From positions 672,001 to 736,000 of the forward strand of contig CAWFSF010000006.1 in assembly GCA_963818475.1 (NCBI GenBank): a stretch of DNA of 64,000 nucleotides, written 5' to 3'. A program made the translations under genes and the position numbers. The notes beneath the pieces are model-generated. The model had not been told where the DNA came from, searched no databases, and saw only the letters and a list, made by a program, of their open reading frames with translations. Numbering within the stretch: the stretch's first letter is position 1; each line of letters opens with the position of its first letter. Source of the DNA: Nitrospirota bacterium. Lineage in GTDB: Bacteria > Nitrospirota > UBA9217. Positions 11,518-23,443 of the stretch are shown piece after piece.

Positions 11518-12210
11518 CTATGATTCATAGGCGATCGGGTCCTTCACGCCAGCCTCAGTAAATCCCTTTAAACGCAAGGCACAACTCTCACATCTTCCGC
11601 AGGCCTTTTCACTGTTCTGGTAGCAGCTCCAGGTCAGGTTCAGCGGCGCGCCGAGATCGACGCCCTTTTTCACGATCTGCGATTTTTTCAGGTGGATGAG
11701 CGGGGTCTCTATGGTGATCCTGGTCTCCGGTTTCGTGCCCATCATGATGACCTGGTTGAAGGCACGGTAGAACACTTCTCTGCAGTCCGGATAGCCTGAG
11801 CTGTCCTCCTCGACCGCTCCGATAAAGATCTTTGTTGCGCCGATCACCTCTGCCCAGGAGGTGGCGATCGAGAGCAGATGGGCGTTCCGGAAGGGGACGT
11901 AGGTCGTGGGAATTGCGGATTTCGGATTGCGGATTGCGGATTGAGAATCGCTCGATTCGGGGACCGGGATGTTCGTGTCGGTCAGGGCTGAGCCGCCGAT
12001 GACCTTCAGGTGTTCGATGCTCACGGTCAGGCGCTTCTCAGCTTTATAAAAATCGGCTATCTCGTTGAATGCCTGAAGTTCCCGGGCTTCGGTGCGCTGG
12101 CCGTAATTGACATGCAGGAAAGCAAGACGGTACTTCTCGTTCGCAATGGCAGCAGTGACGCAGCTGTCCATGCCGCCGCTCACCAGGATGATCGCAAGTT
12201 CATTTTTCAT
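11518..12210 (-). CDS. queC: 7-cyano-7-deazaguanine synthase
   Basis: SGGMDS, YVPFRN, GYPDCR, TWSCY...CGRCESC. Confidence 0.95.
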   Translation of the reverse strand: MKNELAIILVSGGMDSCVTAAIANEKYRLAFLHVNYGQRTEARELQAFNEIADFYKAEKRLTVSIEHLKVIGGSALTDTNIPVPESSDSQSAIRNPKSAIPTTYVPFRNAHLLSIATSWAEVIGATKIFIGAVEEDSSGYPDCREVFYRAFNQVIMMGTKPETRITIETPLIHLKKSQIVKKGVDLGAPLNLTWSCYQNSEKACGRCESCALRLKGFTEAGVKDPIAYES

Positions 12211-12330
12211 GGCGGCAGTTTACCAGCATCGGGAGGAAAATTCCAGATTATTTGCCGGCAGCAGGACAAAAAAGTCCCTCGATGATGTCAACCGGGGGAG
12301 GAGTTCATCGAGGGACCGGGGGGAAAGACT

Positions 12331-12470
12331 TAACCGTACAAGCCTGAACCAAAAGGCATCTCTCGCAAAGGCGCAAAGAGCGCAAAGGAAACCTTTGATT
12401 CAATATCTTTGGTTTAAAACCAGAAAGCCACGTTTTTTGATTTCTTGGCGACCTTTGCGCCTTTGCGAGA
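12331..12470 (-). repeat. Family C palindromic element
   Basis: aaccgtacaagcctgaacc end motif; arms ctcgcaaaggcgcaaagagcgcaaag / cttggcgacctttgcgcctttgcgag. Confidence 0.75.
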
Positions 12471-12508
12471 AAATTATTGCCGTTTTAAAAGAAGTTGATC
12501 CGTAAGGC

Positions 12509-12646
12509 CTAATGCGCCCCGTGGATCAGCATCGGGAGGCAGCGGGTGCAGACGATCTTTTCTTTTCCTTCCGAGTAGCAGGGGAGATAGACCCTGGTCT
12601 TGTCGTCTGTTCCGCAGACAAAACACTTTATTTCCTTCTCAGCCAT
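12509..12646 (-). CDS. 45-aa small protein with two CxxC motifs (not in ORF track)
   Basis: Hand translation MAEKEIKCFVCGTDDKTRVYLPCYSEGKEKIVCTRCLPMLIHGAH*; GGAGG RBS at the end of the upstream gene. Confidence 0.75.
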   Translation of the reverse strand: MAEKEIKCFVCGTDDKTRVYLPCYSEGKEKIVCTRCLPMLIHGAH

Positions 12647-12649
12647 GTG

Positions 12650-12862
12650 TTAACCCTCCAGTGCGTTGATTTCGTCGACGATCTTGTTCGGATCGAGATT
12701 ATGCATCATTGCCCCGAACGAGATCGATTCCACGTTGATCCCCGCACAGGTGAAACAGCCGTTGCCGAAGTACTTCTGGATCACCGCTTTAGCCTCGGGG
12801 CTCATGCGGATCACCTCGCCGATGTTCGTGTCCTTGGTCACTTTCTTCTTTTCCGTTATCAT
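12650..12862 (-). CDS. DUF1858 / redox-disulfide domain small protein
   Basis: VTKDTNIGEVI...GCFTCAG..VESISFGAMMHNLD; GGAGG RBS. Confidence 0.8.
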   Translation of the reverse strand: MITEKKKVTKDTNIGEVIRMSPEAKAVIQKYFGNGCFTCAGINVESISFGAMMHNLDPNKIVDEINALEG

Positions 12863-12951
12863 GGCAGCCTCCTTGTTTGATCGTTGAACATACTATAGCA
12901 CGGACCGGTGGAACCGGTTATGACGTAAATCATAATCCTGAAAAAACACTG

Positions 12952-13038
12952 GACACGGATTTACACGGATGCAAGACGGATAACGGCGGAAGTTTTTATC
13001 CGCTTTTATCCGCCCTTTATCCGCCTCTTCCGTGTCTA
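12952..13038. repeat. Periodic-arm palindrome (acacggat type)
   Basis: ggacacggatttacacggat...ttatccgc repeats...ccgtgtc. Confidence 0.65.
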
Positions 13039-13137
13039 GGGTTTTTCTAACGTCTTTTATCTCTACCGTATAAACCTTTACATCCACCCGTTCTTTTGTT
13101 ACTATGACCGCCTTATCCTACCAGAAAAAGGACACCC

Positions 13138-15411
13138 ATGACAATAGAACATATCAAGATGATCGCTGCTGAACTGAAAGTCGGCGAAAGGCAGGTACAT
13201 GCCTGCGTTGAGCTGCTTGACGAGGGTTCCACCGTGCCCTTTATCTCCCGGTACCGGAAAGAGGCCACCGGTTCGCTCGATGACGTGGCAGTCACGGCCG
13301 TCCGCGACCGGCTTGCCCAGCTCCGGGAGCTGGATAAACGGCGCGAGGCGATCCTGAAATCCCTCGAAGAGACCGGCAAGCTGACCGACGAACTGAAGGC
13401 AAAGGTCCTGGCAGCAGAGACCATGACCGTGCTGGAGGACATCTATCTGCCTTATCGGCCCAAGCGGCGCACACGCGCGACCATTGCCCGGGAAAAAGGG
13501 CTTGAGCCCCTTGCCCAGCGCCTGTTCTCGCAGGAGGGGGGCATCGACCTCCTGGCAGAGGCTGCTCTGTTCGTGGATAAGGAAAAAGGCGTCGAAACCG
13601 TGGAAGACGCCCTTGCCGGCGGCCGGGACATCATTGCCGAGTGGGTGACCGAGGACCAGAACGCCCGGGTAAAGATGCGCGAACTGTATACGTCAAAAGG
13701 GACCCTGAAGACCAAGGTCCTGAGCAACAAGGAAGAAGAGGGGATCAAGTACAAGGATTACTTCGACTGGCAGGAACCGCTTGCAGCAGCCCCGTCGCAC
13801 CGGATCCTGGCCATGCGCCGGGGAGAGAAGGAGGGCTTCCTGATCCTGCGCGCTGCGCCGCCTGAGGAGGATGCGATCGCCCTTCTGGAATCGCTCTTTC
13901 TCAAAGGCGACAGCCCGGCTTCGCAGCAGGTGAAGCTGGCGCTCCATGACAGCTACAAGCGCCTTCTTTCCCTGTCCATGGAGACCGAGATGCGCGTGGC
14001 GACCAAGGAGCGGGCCGATGCCGAGGCAATACGGGTGTTCGCCGAGAACCTGCGGCAGCTCCTGCTCTCGCCGCCTTTGGGCCAGAAGAACGTTCTGGCC
14101 ATCGATCCCGGCTTCCGCACCGGCTGCAAGGTGGTCTGCGTGGACCGCCAGGGCAAGCTGCTGCATCACGATGTTATTTACCCTCATTTTTCCGATAAGA
14201 ACGTTTCCGAGGCAGGGACGAAGGTTATCGAGCTCTGCAAAAAATACCAGATCGAGGCGATCGCCATCGGCAACGGCACGGCGGGCCGGGAGACCGAGGC
14301 CTTTGTACGGCAGCTCGGCCTGCCTGCGGCGATCCAGATCGTGATGGTGAACGAGAGCGGCGCATCCATCTATTCCGCTTCAGACGTGGCGCGCGAGGAG
14401 TTCCCTGACCAGGATGTGACCGTGCGCGGATCGGTTTCCATCGGCAGGCGGCTCATGGACCCGCTTGCCGAGCTCGTCAAGATCGACCCCAAATCCATCG
14501 GCGTGGGCCAGTACCAGCACGATGTGGACCAGACCGCGCTCAAACGGAGCCTGGACGACGTGGTCATGATCTGCGTGAACGGGGTCGGCGTCGAGGTCAA
14601 TACGGCAAGCAAGCAGCTGCTGACCTACGTTTCAGGGCTGGGCCCCCAGCTTGCCGGCAGCATTGTGGAGTATCGGAACCAGCACGGTCCCTTCCCGTCG
14701 CGGGACAAGCTGAAAGAGGTCCCCAAGCTCGGGCCCAAGACCTTTGAGCAGGCGGCAGGGTTCCTGCGCATCCGCGACGGCCGTAATCCGCTCGATGCCA
14801 GCGCGGTCCATCCCGAGAGCTATCATCTGGTCGACGCCATGGCAAAAGACCTGAACTGCACCGTCCTGGACCTGATGAAGAGCGAGGAACTAAGGAAGAA
14901 GGTCGATCTTACGAAATATGTGACCGAGACGGTCGGCCTGCCCACGCTCAAGGACATCATGGCCGAGCTTGCCAAGCCCGGCAGGGACCCCCGGGAGCAG
15001 TTCGAGTCCTTCAGCTTTACCGAGGGCGTTGAAAAGATCGAGGACGTGCTCCCGGGAATGAAAATGCCGGGGGTCGTGACGAACATAACCGCTTTCGGCG
15101 CCTTCATCGATATCGGCGTGCATCAGGACGGTCTGGCCCATCTGAGCCAGCTTTCGGACCGGTTCATAAAAGATGCGAACGAGGCTGTGAAGGTGAATCA
15201 GCATGTGATGGCGACGGTGCTTGAAGTGGACGTGAAGCGGAAGCGGATATCGCTCTCGCTCAAGAAGGACCCGCAGAGCGCGCAGCGGCCGAAGCAGGAA
15301 AGGTCACAGCAGCAGGAACCTCAGGGGGCGAAGCAGCAGCCGAAGCCTCAACCGAAACCGCAGAACGATATGAATGCTTTGAAGCAGGCGTTCATGAAGA
15401 ATAGGACATAG
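13138..15411 (+). CDS. tex: Tex family RNA-binding transcriptional accessory protein
   Basis: TVPFISRYRKEATG, IDPGFRTGCK, IDPKSIGVGQYQHDV, C-terminal S1 domain. Confidence 0.95.
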   Translation: MTIEHIKMIAAELKVGERQVHACVELLDEGSTVPFISRYRKEATGSLDDVAVTAVRDRLAQLRELDKRREAILKSLEETGKLTDELKAKVLAAETMTVLEDIYLPYRPKRRTRATIAREKGLEPLAQRLFSQEGGIDLLAEAALFVDKEKGVETVEDALAGGRDIIAEWVTEDQNARVKMRELYTSKGTLKTKVLSNKEEEGIKYKDYFDWQEPLAAAPSHRILAMRRGEKEGFLILRAAPPEEDAIALLESLFLKGDSPASQQVKLALHDSYKRLLSLSMETEMRVATKERADAEAIRVFAENLRQLLLSPPLGQKNVLAIDPGFRTGCKVVCVDRQGKLLHHDVIYPHFSDKNVSEAGTKVIELCKKYQIEAIAIGNGTAGRETEAFVRQLGLPAAIQIVMVNESGASIYSASDVAREEFPDQDVTVRGSVSIGRRLMDPLAELVKIDPKSIGVGQYQHDVDQTALKRSLDDVVMICVNGVGVEVNTASKQLLTYVSGLGPQLAGSIVEYRNQHGPFPSRDKLKEVPKLGPKTFEQAAGFLRIRDGRNPLDASAVHPESYHLVDAMAKDLNCTVLDLMKSEELRKKVDLTKYVTETVGLPTLKDIMAELAKPGRDPREQFESFSFTEGVEKIEDVLPGMKMPGVVTNITAFGAFIDIGVHQDGLAHLSQLSDRFIKDANEAVKVNQHVMATVLEVDVKRKRISLSLKKDPQSAQRPKQERSQQQEPQGAKQQPKPQPKPQNDMNALKQAFMKNRT

Positions 15412-15444
15412 AATATGGCTGATTGTATGTCTAATTTCAAGCTT

Positions 15445-15497
15445 AAGCCGGAACCGAAAGGCGTCTCTCGCAAAGCTCGCAAAGGACGCAAAGGAAA
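15445..15497 (-). repeat. Half copy of family C element
   Basis: aagccggaaccgaaaggcgtctctcgcaaagctcgcaaaggacgcaaagg matches the 12341-12390 arm. Confidence 0.65.
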
Positions 15498-15525
15498 TCC
15501 TTAACAGAAGCAAAATCTTGTTATG

Positions 15526-16470
15526 TCAGCGCCTGTCTTTAGAACGCCGTAGCAACAACACCGACGGCTCACACGCTATGACAACCTCGCACCCCGTCCT
15601 GGGATGGCGAAAACTCAATTCAGCGGCATGAAGAAGGTAGCCCGGGTCGCCGGGCAGGGCGTGCGTATCCGGCGCGGGTTGTCCGCCCGCGACATACAGC
15701 AGATCGCCGACCAGCGGGTGGCCTGCTGATGCCAGATGGATCCGGATCTGGTGGGGCCGGCCTGTGGCGATACGAACATCGCAGAGGAACGAATCTGTAC
15801 GGCGTTCGAGAACCATCACCTGTGAAAGGGACGGTTTGCCGCTTGGAGAAGCGGCATGTACTGAACCGAGCAGTGCGTGCGGCACCGGGCCGATGGGCGT
15901 GCTGATGGTCATCTCATCCTCAGCAGGGTTCCCGCTGGCAAGCGCGCGGTACCGTTTTCCTACCTCTTTCGCTGACCATTGCCGCATCAAGTCTGTCCTG
16001 GCATGATGGTTTTTGGCGCAGAGCACCAGACCCGATGTCCAGCGGCCCAGTCGGTGGAGCGGGGAGGCGTCAGGCGCATACGTGTGTACGAGATGCAGCA
16101 GCGTTGCCTGCAGAAAATTAGCACCCGGAAGCGTCGGCAGTCCGGCCGGCTTGTCAACAGCGAGCAGGTCGTCATCTTCGTAAAGAACGGTAAATGACCT
16201 CGGTGCATCGGGCTCTATCCAGGGCGGCCGCTGCCAGACAAGTTCACATCCGCTTTTTAATAGAGTGTCGGCATGCGCAGGTTTGGAGTCGATCAGCACG
16301 AGACCGGATGCAATGCGCTCTGCCCACTCTGTCGAGGAGGAATGACAATAGCGCTGGCTGAGATACATAAGCAGCGTCCGGTCGTCGGCATCTTGGCCGA
16401 GCAGTTCCCGGTATTCACAGCCTTCGTTAAGAGTATTCCCGGAGGGTACGTGAGCTGGTGATGAGGTCAT
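15526..16470 (-). CDS. RluA-family pseudouridine synthase
   Basis: VDKPAGLP, HRLGRWTSG, TGRPHQIRIH, LHAAEL; the catalytic HRLD reads HRLG here. Confidence 0.85.
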   Translation of the reverse strand: MTSSPAHVPSGNTLNEGCEYRELLGQDADDRTLLMYLSQRYCHSSSTEWAERIASGLVLIDSKPAHADTLLKSGCELVWQRPPWIEPDAPRSFTVLYEDDDLLAVDKPAGLPTLPGANFLQATLLHLVHTYAPDASPLHRLGRWTSGLVLCAKNHHARTDLMRQWSAKEVGKRYRALASGNPAEDEMTISTPIGPVPHALLGSVHAASPSGKPSLSQVMVLERRTDSFLCDVRIATGRPHQIRIHLASAGHPLVGDLLYVAGGQPAPDTHALPGDPGYLLHAAELSFRHPRTGCEVVIACEPSVLLLRRSKDRR

Positions 16471-16574
16471 ATCGTTTCTCAATGCTTCCTGCCCCGGCCA
16501 GTATAATCCCTGATCATGCAAACACCCATGAAACCCCGCCTATAACTCCCCGTGAAGTAAAAACTGTATTCGCT

Positions 16575-17094
16575 TCAAGCTCTTCTTCTCGAATAGTTCA
16601 CCTGCACCAGTCCGCTGTCAAAAGTCGTGCTGTCCCGGAAGATCAGCTTTTGTTGAGGCAACGGGGAACGGAACAGCGGGATGCCGGTCCCGAGGATGAG
16701 GGGATGGATCGAGATCACGTACTCATCGATCAGGTCTGCCTGGACAAAAGCCTGAATCAGCTCCGAGCCGCCGACGAGCCAGATTTTTTTCCCCGGCTTT
16801 TTCCTGAGCTTCGGCAATGAACTCCGCGGGATCGCCTGAGATGAATTGCACATGCTCGTCCTGCTGCCCCCTTCGCGTACGCGAGAACACGTAGCCTGTT
16901 CTGCCGGGATAAGGATATTCGCCGAAGGTAAGCGACTGCTCGTAGGTCTTTCTGCCCATGACCACTGTGTCCACGCACGAGAAGAACTCCCGAAAGCCGT
17001 AGTCCTGGTCGGTGAACAGCCAGTCGATGCCTCCGTCCGTGCGGGCTATAGAGCCGTCAAGGCTCGTTGCGATAAAGAGGATAACTGATCGCAT
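16575..17094 (-). CDS. Dihydrofolate reductase / RibD C-terminal family protein (one frameshift)
   Basis: IATSLDG.IA, VVMGRKTY, IWLVGG, LIDEY, PLILG.GIPLF. Confidence 0.85.
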
Positions 17095-17110
17095 AAGATG
17101 TTCTCCTTGC

Positions 17111-18124
17111 TCAGTCGATGTTCCCCCTGCCGTGGAATGCGCGCGAAGGCAGGCGTCCGTGCCAGACGATCCCCGCGTCTTTGAGCTGCCCTGCTGCCTC
17201 TGCAGAGGGAGGCTGGTAGATGATGCGGAACCGTTCGTTCCAATCCAGCGCGCCAGTTTCGGTGAGGACATTGTTCAGCAGAACCTGCCACTGCGGTTCG
17301 GCAAGATCGATATCGTAATACCGGGATTCTTCAGGCTGCAGCACCAGCACATCACCGTCCGTCGCCGCAAGACCGATACATGCGGACCTCTCTGGCACGG
17401 TTGCTTTCTGGCCGGGTGATAGGGGCTCAAGGGAGAGCGAGCAGAACGACGGCAGGTTCACGAGTGCGAGGGTTTTCTGCGAGCTGTTCTTGAGCACAAG
17501 CCTGAGCCGAGCGCTCCTTCTTGCCAGAAGATTGTCTGGCCTCGGGCTTTCGACCAACTCAAGACCGATGCTGAGAGGGCTCCAGCGATAGCCGCGGATC
17601 ACAGGCGTACCGTCGCTGCCGATGGCGACCTCCATCTCAAGGGGCGTTTGGATCGTCGTCCTCGTGCCCTGCTGCTTCTCGATCTCCAGCCCCTTTCCCT
17701 GCTGAACGTAATACGCTTCGATGCCGTACTCAACCGCAACGGTTTCCGGCGCGGCGATCCCGAACTGCCACGACTGGGCGAGCCTGCCTTTGAGGTAAAG
17801 ACCGCCGGAGGGTTTTATAGTTGAGAGCCTCATAACTTCAGCCAGGCCGCCATCCTTGATCTCGATCACTGCGTACACGGTGTCGCCAAAGGCATATTTT
17901 TTCACCTTCTCAGCAATGTCGGCAGTGGACTGTGCGAGCGGCACGATCGATGCCTCGTATTTAAGCCGCACATAATCGCCGCGGAAAAGGTCCCGGGGGT
18001 CGATCGGCGCGGTGCGGAGATAAGCAACGGTTCCGGTTGCGGCAATGTATTCGCGTTTGCCAGCCATAAAAGCGAGCACCAGAACCTGGAACGCGATTGC
18101 CATGATCAGGAGCGTGCGTCTCAT
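17111..18124 (-). CDS. GDYXXLXY domain-containing membrane-anchored protein
   Basis: APIDPRDLFRGDYVRLKY. Confidence 0.85.
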   Translation of the reverse strand: MRRTLLIMAIAFQVLVLAFMAGKREYIAATGTVAYLRTAPIDPRDLFRGDYVRLKYEASIVPLAQSTADIAEKVKKYAFGDTVYAVIEIKDGGLAEVMRLSTIKPSGGLYLKGRLAQSWQFGIAAPETVAVEYGIEAYYVQQGKGLEIEKQQGTRTTIQTPLEMEVAIGSDGTPVIRGYRWSPLSIGLELVESPRPDNLLARRSARLRLVLKNSSQKTLALVNLPSFCSLSLEPLSPGQKATVPERSACIGLAATDGDVLVLQPEESRYYDIDLAEPQWQVLLNNVLTETGALDWNERFRIIYQPPSAEAAGQLKDAGIVWHGRLPSRAFHGRGNID

Positions 18125-19413
18125 CGCGACACCTCCTTCAGTTCCTTGCGCGAGCGAGCGAAGAAGATGCCTACGCCGAGCATCATCCCTCCGACGAGCA
18201 GAAATATCGCGGCCCGGGCAAGCAGGCTCTGGAACAGGTCCGTATAGCGCGCGATGGCGAGCGCCGAGAGCAGGACGCTGCCCATGATTGCCGCACGGAG
18301 GTTAAGGTCGCGGAAGCCGCGCTGCATCAGCATGACTGCCGAGAAGAGTATCAAAAGGTTATACGGCGCGGTTGCAAGGAAGCCCCGCAATTGCAGTATT
18401 CCGAAGAACTGAAGCGCGTAGATGATGAGCGCGATCGGAGCTGCGAAGTAATCCCGGCGAATGCCGTGCACGAGCCGGTCACGCATATTCCGGAACGGCC
18501 AGAGCGCTGCGATCCAGAGACCGGCGGCAATAACGAGAAAGACCGGAAACCAGATATCAGGAGCTTTTTCCCGGGACAGGAACGACAGTGCTTCTCGAGC
18601 GCCACGGAAGGTCAGAATGTAGACCAGAACGACGGAAAGGGTGTTCCCGAAGAAGAAGCAGGTAGACGCAAGCTCCGGAGCAAGCTCGTTCTGTTCCATG
18701 ATCAGGCCGACAGCAATGAGGGCTGCGGCAACCGAGAGAAACAAGGGGATGCCCAGATGCGAGCTTACTTGTAAGAACAGGGAGAAGAGCGTGAACAGGA
18801 ACGCAGCCAGACCCGCAGACAGGAGAACTCTGGACCTCATGATCCAGGCGAGCGGAAGAATACCGAAAAATATCACTATTGGCGCGGCGTAGTTTGCATT
18901 CTGGAAACCGTAGGACTCGAATCCATTCCAGAGGACCAGGAGGAACGTTGCCATAAGCGCCTGGGGAAGCGACGGCAGGACCCAGGCCAGTGCTAACGCG
19001 CCCGCACCCCATACCAGGAAAGCATTCGGGTAATGCTCGTTGATGTGATAGGTCTGTGCGACGAGCCATATTCCGGCGCCAAAGAACATGCTGCCAAGCA
19101 CATGCAGGGTCTGGCGGGTTGTGGTTCGCTTGACAATAAGGGCTGCTCCATGAGCAGAAATGAGCGCACAGAAAACGATAGCAAGCTTCGCGAACTTGTG
19201 CATCTTGTCCCAGTTGTAGGCAAAGAGCAGGATCACTCCCAGACCGATCAGGATCGCGCCGAACGCGGCAAAAGCAATGCGGCCCCAGGTCCCCGCCTGC
19301 TCCGGAGCGGAGTAGCGGCCGCGTATCGCCTGCGCCTGCGCATCGTTGATGATCCCCTCCTGCACCCAGGTTTCCAGTTCGGACAATAGCCAGTGGATGT
19401 GTTTTTTCGTCAT
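18121..19413 (-). CDS. DUF2157 membrane protein
   Basis: W...GII...QA..I..RY, ILLFAYNW, IWLVAQTYH; overlaps the GDYXXLXY gene by 4 nt. Confidence 0.85.
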   Translation of the reverse strand: MTKKHIHWLLSELETWVQEGIINDAQAQAIRGRYSAPEQAGTWGRIAFAAFGAILIGLGVILLFAYNWDKMHKFAKLAIVFCALISAHGAALIVKRTTTRQTLHVLGSMFFGAGIWLVAQTYHINEHYPNAFLVWGAGALALAWVLPSLPQALMATFLLVLWNGFESYGFQNANYAAPIVIFFGILPLAWIMRSRVLLSAGLAAFLFTLFSLFLQVSSHLGIPLFLSVAAALIAVGLIMEQNELAPELASTCFFFGNTLSVVLVYILTFRGAREALSFLSREKAPDIWFPVFLVIAAGLWIAALWPFRNMRDRLVHGIRRDYFAAPIALIIYALQFFGILQLRGFLATAPYNLLILFSAVMLMQRGFRDLNLRAAIMGSVLLSALAIARYTDLFQSLLARAAIFLLVGGMMLGVGIFFARSRKELKEVSR

Positions 19414-19465
19414 AGCGTCATTACCATGATTACCTCGGATAGATGGGATACTTGATACGCTGATA

Positions 19466-20107
19466 TCATTGACTGGTTTCTTTTTCAGTCTTTCTGATCA
19501 GCAGTCCTGTTGTCGAAACCATTACCCTGAATTCTTCCGTGCTGTTCGAGTTGATGAACGTTGCGGATCCGTACTCAGCATCCAGCAGGGGATTAAGGAC
19601 CGCGAACCTGCGCCGGAGATCGAACAGGTCCAGGGGTTTGTCCTTGGACAGCGAATATACCGTACGGACCTTTGTCGTTTCATCGTCGAGGATCGCGTAG
19701 CGGCCTGCCACACGATCGAGTTCATAGGAGGTGTGCAGCCCGAATATGTTTGCCAGCGGTTTCCATTTGAGAATGTGGGCGTCAATATAAAGCTGATCGC
19801 CGGTGAGAGAGAACTCTTTTTTGCTGCCATCCGGCAGGGAAAACCGGGCGATGAACTTCTGCTCACCGGCCGGCTCAATGTTCACGATTGCCGCAAGGTC
19901 TTCTCTGGTCAATGCGTGGTACCCCTGGATGGCAATGCTTATGGTGCCGAACAGGGTGGACAAGGAGAACATCAGTAACGCGAACACGAAGGTCATGGCC
20001 GTGCCGAATAACTTCCTCTGTTTCAGGGCCGCCATGGTCATGAGGAGAAAAATAAGGCCGAGAAGGGCAAAAAGGATCGAGAAGACGAGCAGCGGGTTCA
20101 TCATCAT
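19466..20107 (-). CDS. Hypothetical membrane protein
   Basis: Two N-terminal TM segments; 213-aa ORF co-oriented with the operon. Confidence 0.7.
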   Translation of the reverse strand: MMMNPLLVFSILFALLGLIFLLMTMAALKQRKLFGTAMTFVFALLMFSLSTLFGTISIAIQGYHALTREDLAAIVNIEPAGEQKFIARFSLPDGSKKEFSLTGDQLYIDAHILKWKPLANIFGLHTSYELDRVAGRYAILDDETTKVRTVYSLSKDKPLDLFDLRRRFAVLNPLLDAEYGSATFINSNSTEEFRVMVSTTGLLIRKTEKETSQ

Positions 20108-20217
20108 GTTTTTCCTTTCTCCAAACGCTCCGTCATTCTTTTACATCGGGCAAACTGCGACATTCCACGCTTCAGACGCCCGTCGGGCATGCGTAGTCGC
20201 TGGCAGCTTCTTTCGCA

Positions 20218-21580
<1,363 letters not shown>

Positions 21581-21607
21581 ATTCCCTCTGTTATTTACTA
21601 CTTAGAT

Positions 21608-21737
21608 CCTAACCTGGACAAACCGGAACAAATTTGCCACGAAGGCACGAAGACACGAAGAGAGGCTTGAGCGTCCTTGAGATCTTTATTCGCTCGATGA
21701 TTTAAAGACGTTCTTCGTGTCTTCGTGCCTTCGTGGC
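21608..21737 (-). repeat. Family C palindromic element
   Basis: cctaacctggacaaaccggaac plus arms gccacgaaggcacgaagacacgaag / cttcgtgtcttcgtgccttcgtggc. Confidence 0.8.
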
Positions 21738-21754
21738 GGTAATGTTCTCTTGCC

Positions 21755-23271
21755 TCACTTCATCGGCAGCCGGATCAGGAACGTCGTGCCTTTGTCCGGC
21801 TGCGCTGTCCACGGCGATGCAGCCGTCGTGCTCCTCGATGATCTCGTGGACGATGAAGAGGCCCAGGCCCGATCCCTTGCCCACGTCCTTGGTCGTGAAG
21901 AAGGGGTCGAAGATCTTGGGAAGCAGCTCCGGCGGGATGCCCGGCCCGGTGTCGTGGATCTCGATATCGACGGTATCCTCTTCGAGCGTGCATTTGCCGC
22001 GGTACTTGAGGTAGTTGTAGATGCTGTTCTCATCGCCGGCAGCTTGTCCAGGGCGCTGTGCTTCGCGCGGTCACCGTGACCACGCCGTCTCCCTCCACGG
22101 CCTCGATGGCGTTCTTGATGAGGTTCAGGAAGACCTGCTGGATGCGCTGCTTGTCGGCAATGATCATGATGTCCGCAGGAACATCGATCCTGCACCGAGA
22201 CGTTCCCGGTGATCTGGCCTTTGACGAACCGGATGGTCTCTTCGAACAGCCCGTTCAGGGAGAGCTGCTGCTTTTTGAATTCCTTGTCGCGCGAGAACTC
22301 CAGGAGCGAGCGCACGATGTTCCGGGCGCGGTCGGTCTGGTCGTTGATCTGGGCGATCAGTTCTTTTTTGAACTCTCAGCGCTGCCGTCATCGAATTCCT
22401 CGGACAGGATCTGGCTCGATGACGAGATGTTCGACAGCGGGTTGTTCAGCTCGTGCGCCACGCCCGAGAGCAGGGTGCCGAGGGACGCCAGCTTCTCCGA
22501 CTGGACGAGGTGGCGCTGGCGCAGCTCCAGCTCGCGCAGCATCTTGTTGAAGGCATTGGTCAGGGACAGCGATCTCGCGGTCCCGGGAGTCGATGCGGAT
22601 GTTCTCGAACCTGCCGTCGGCGATCTTTTCCATGGTCCGCTCCATGAGCTTCAGCGGCTTCACGACGACCTGGGCCATGATCTGGCCGATGACGAGCACC
22701 ATGAGCCACCAGGACGGCAATGGAAAGGATCAGCACGCGCCGCGAACTGTTCAGCGTGGCCTGCAGGCTTTTCCGCTCGGTTTTCGACGATATCTTCGGC
22801 GACTGGTGATGATGTCCTTGCCGTACTTCCTGATGGTCTTTTCGATGGCTGCTATGGATGAACCCTCCGCCGGCGGCCAGGTGGGAGGCCCTCTGCCGGT
22901 TCAACTTCTCGTAGCGTTCCATATGGTCTTTGTATTTTTCGAGATTGGACGCAAGCGCGGGGAGCTGGTCCTCGGACGTGACCGCAGCAAAGGCAGCGCT
23001 GTTCGCGGCAAGCAGCTGCTGCGCCTTGGTCACATACCGGAGGTTCTCGTCGAAGTCGGACCGCTTTTCGTACAGGAAATAGTTCTTCTCGAACCGTCTG
23101 ATCTCGAGGGTCGTGTCGAAGAATTCGGAGATCGCCTCGCCGAACATGATCTTCTTGTTCGAGAAAGTTGAGCTCCATGTAGGTGAATATGGACAGCCCC
23201 ACGATCATCACCACGACCGCGTAATAGCCGAACCGTATCTTCTGCCGTATGCTTGGCTGGTAGTTGAACAT
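21755..23271 (-). CDS. HAMP sensor histidine kinase (frameshifted)
   Basis: LEIRRFEKNYFLY periplasmic motif; [21 protein letters not shown]; GKGSGLGL. Confidence 0.88.
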
Positions 23272-23278
23272 GGTTTAT

Positions 23279-23419
23279 CCTGAATCCGGACAAGCCGGAA
23301 CGCAGATATTGCTGCCACGAATGACACGAAGGCACGAAGAAATGCCTGAGTCTCACGGGTTGTCTATAAACAATAAGTTATTACAGACGTTACTTAGCGT
23401 CATTCGCGCCTTCGTGGCA
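23279..23419 (-). repeat. Family C palindromic element
   Basis: cctgaatccggacaagccggaac plus arms gccacgaatgacacgaaggcacgaag / attcgcgccttcgtggc. Confidence 0.78.
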
Positions 23420-23443
23420 AAATGGTCTGATCGTTTTGAGATC

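Noticed and set aside
12512-12640. Possible structured ncRNA on the plus strand
   Set aside because: Better explained by the intact 45-aa CxxC ORF on the minus strand.
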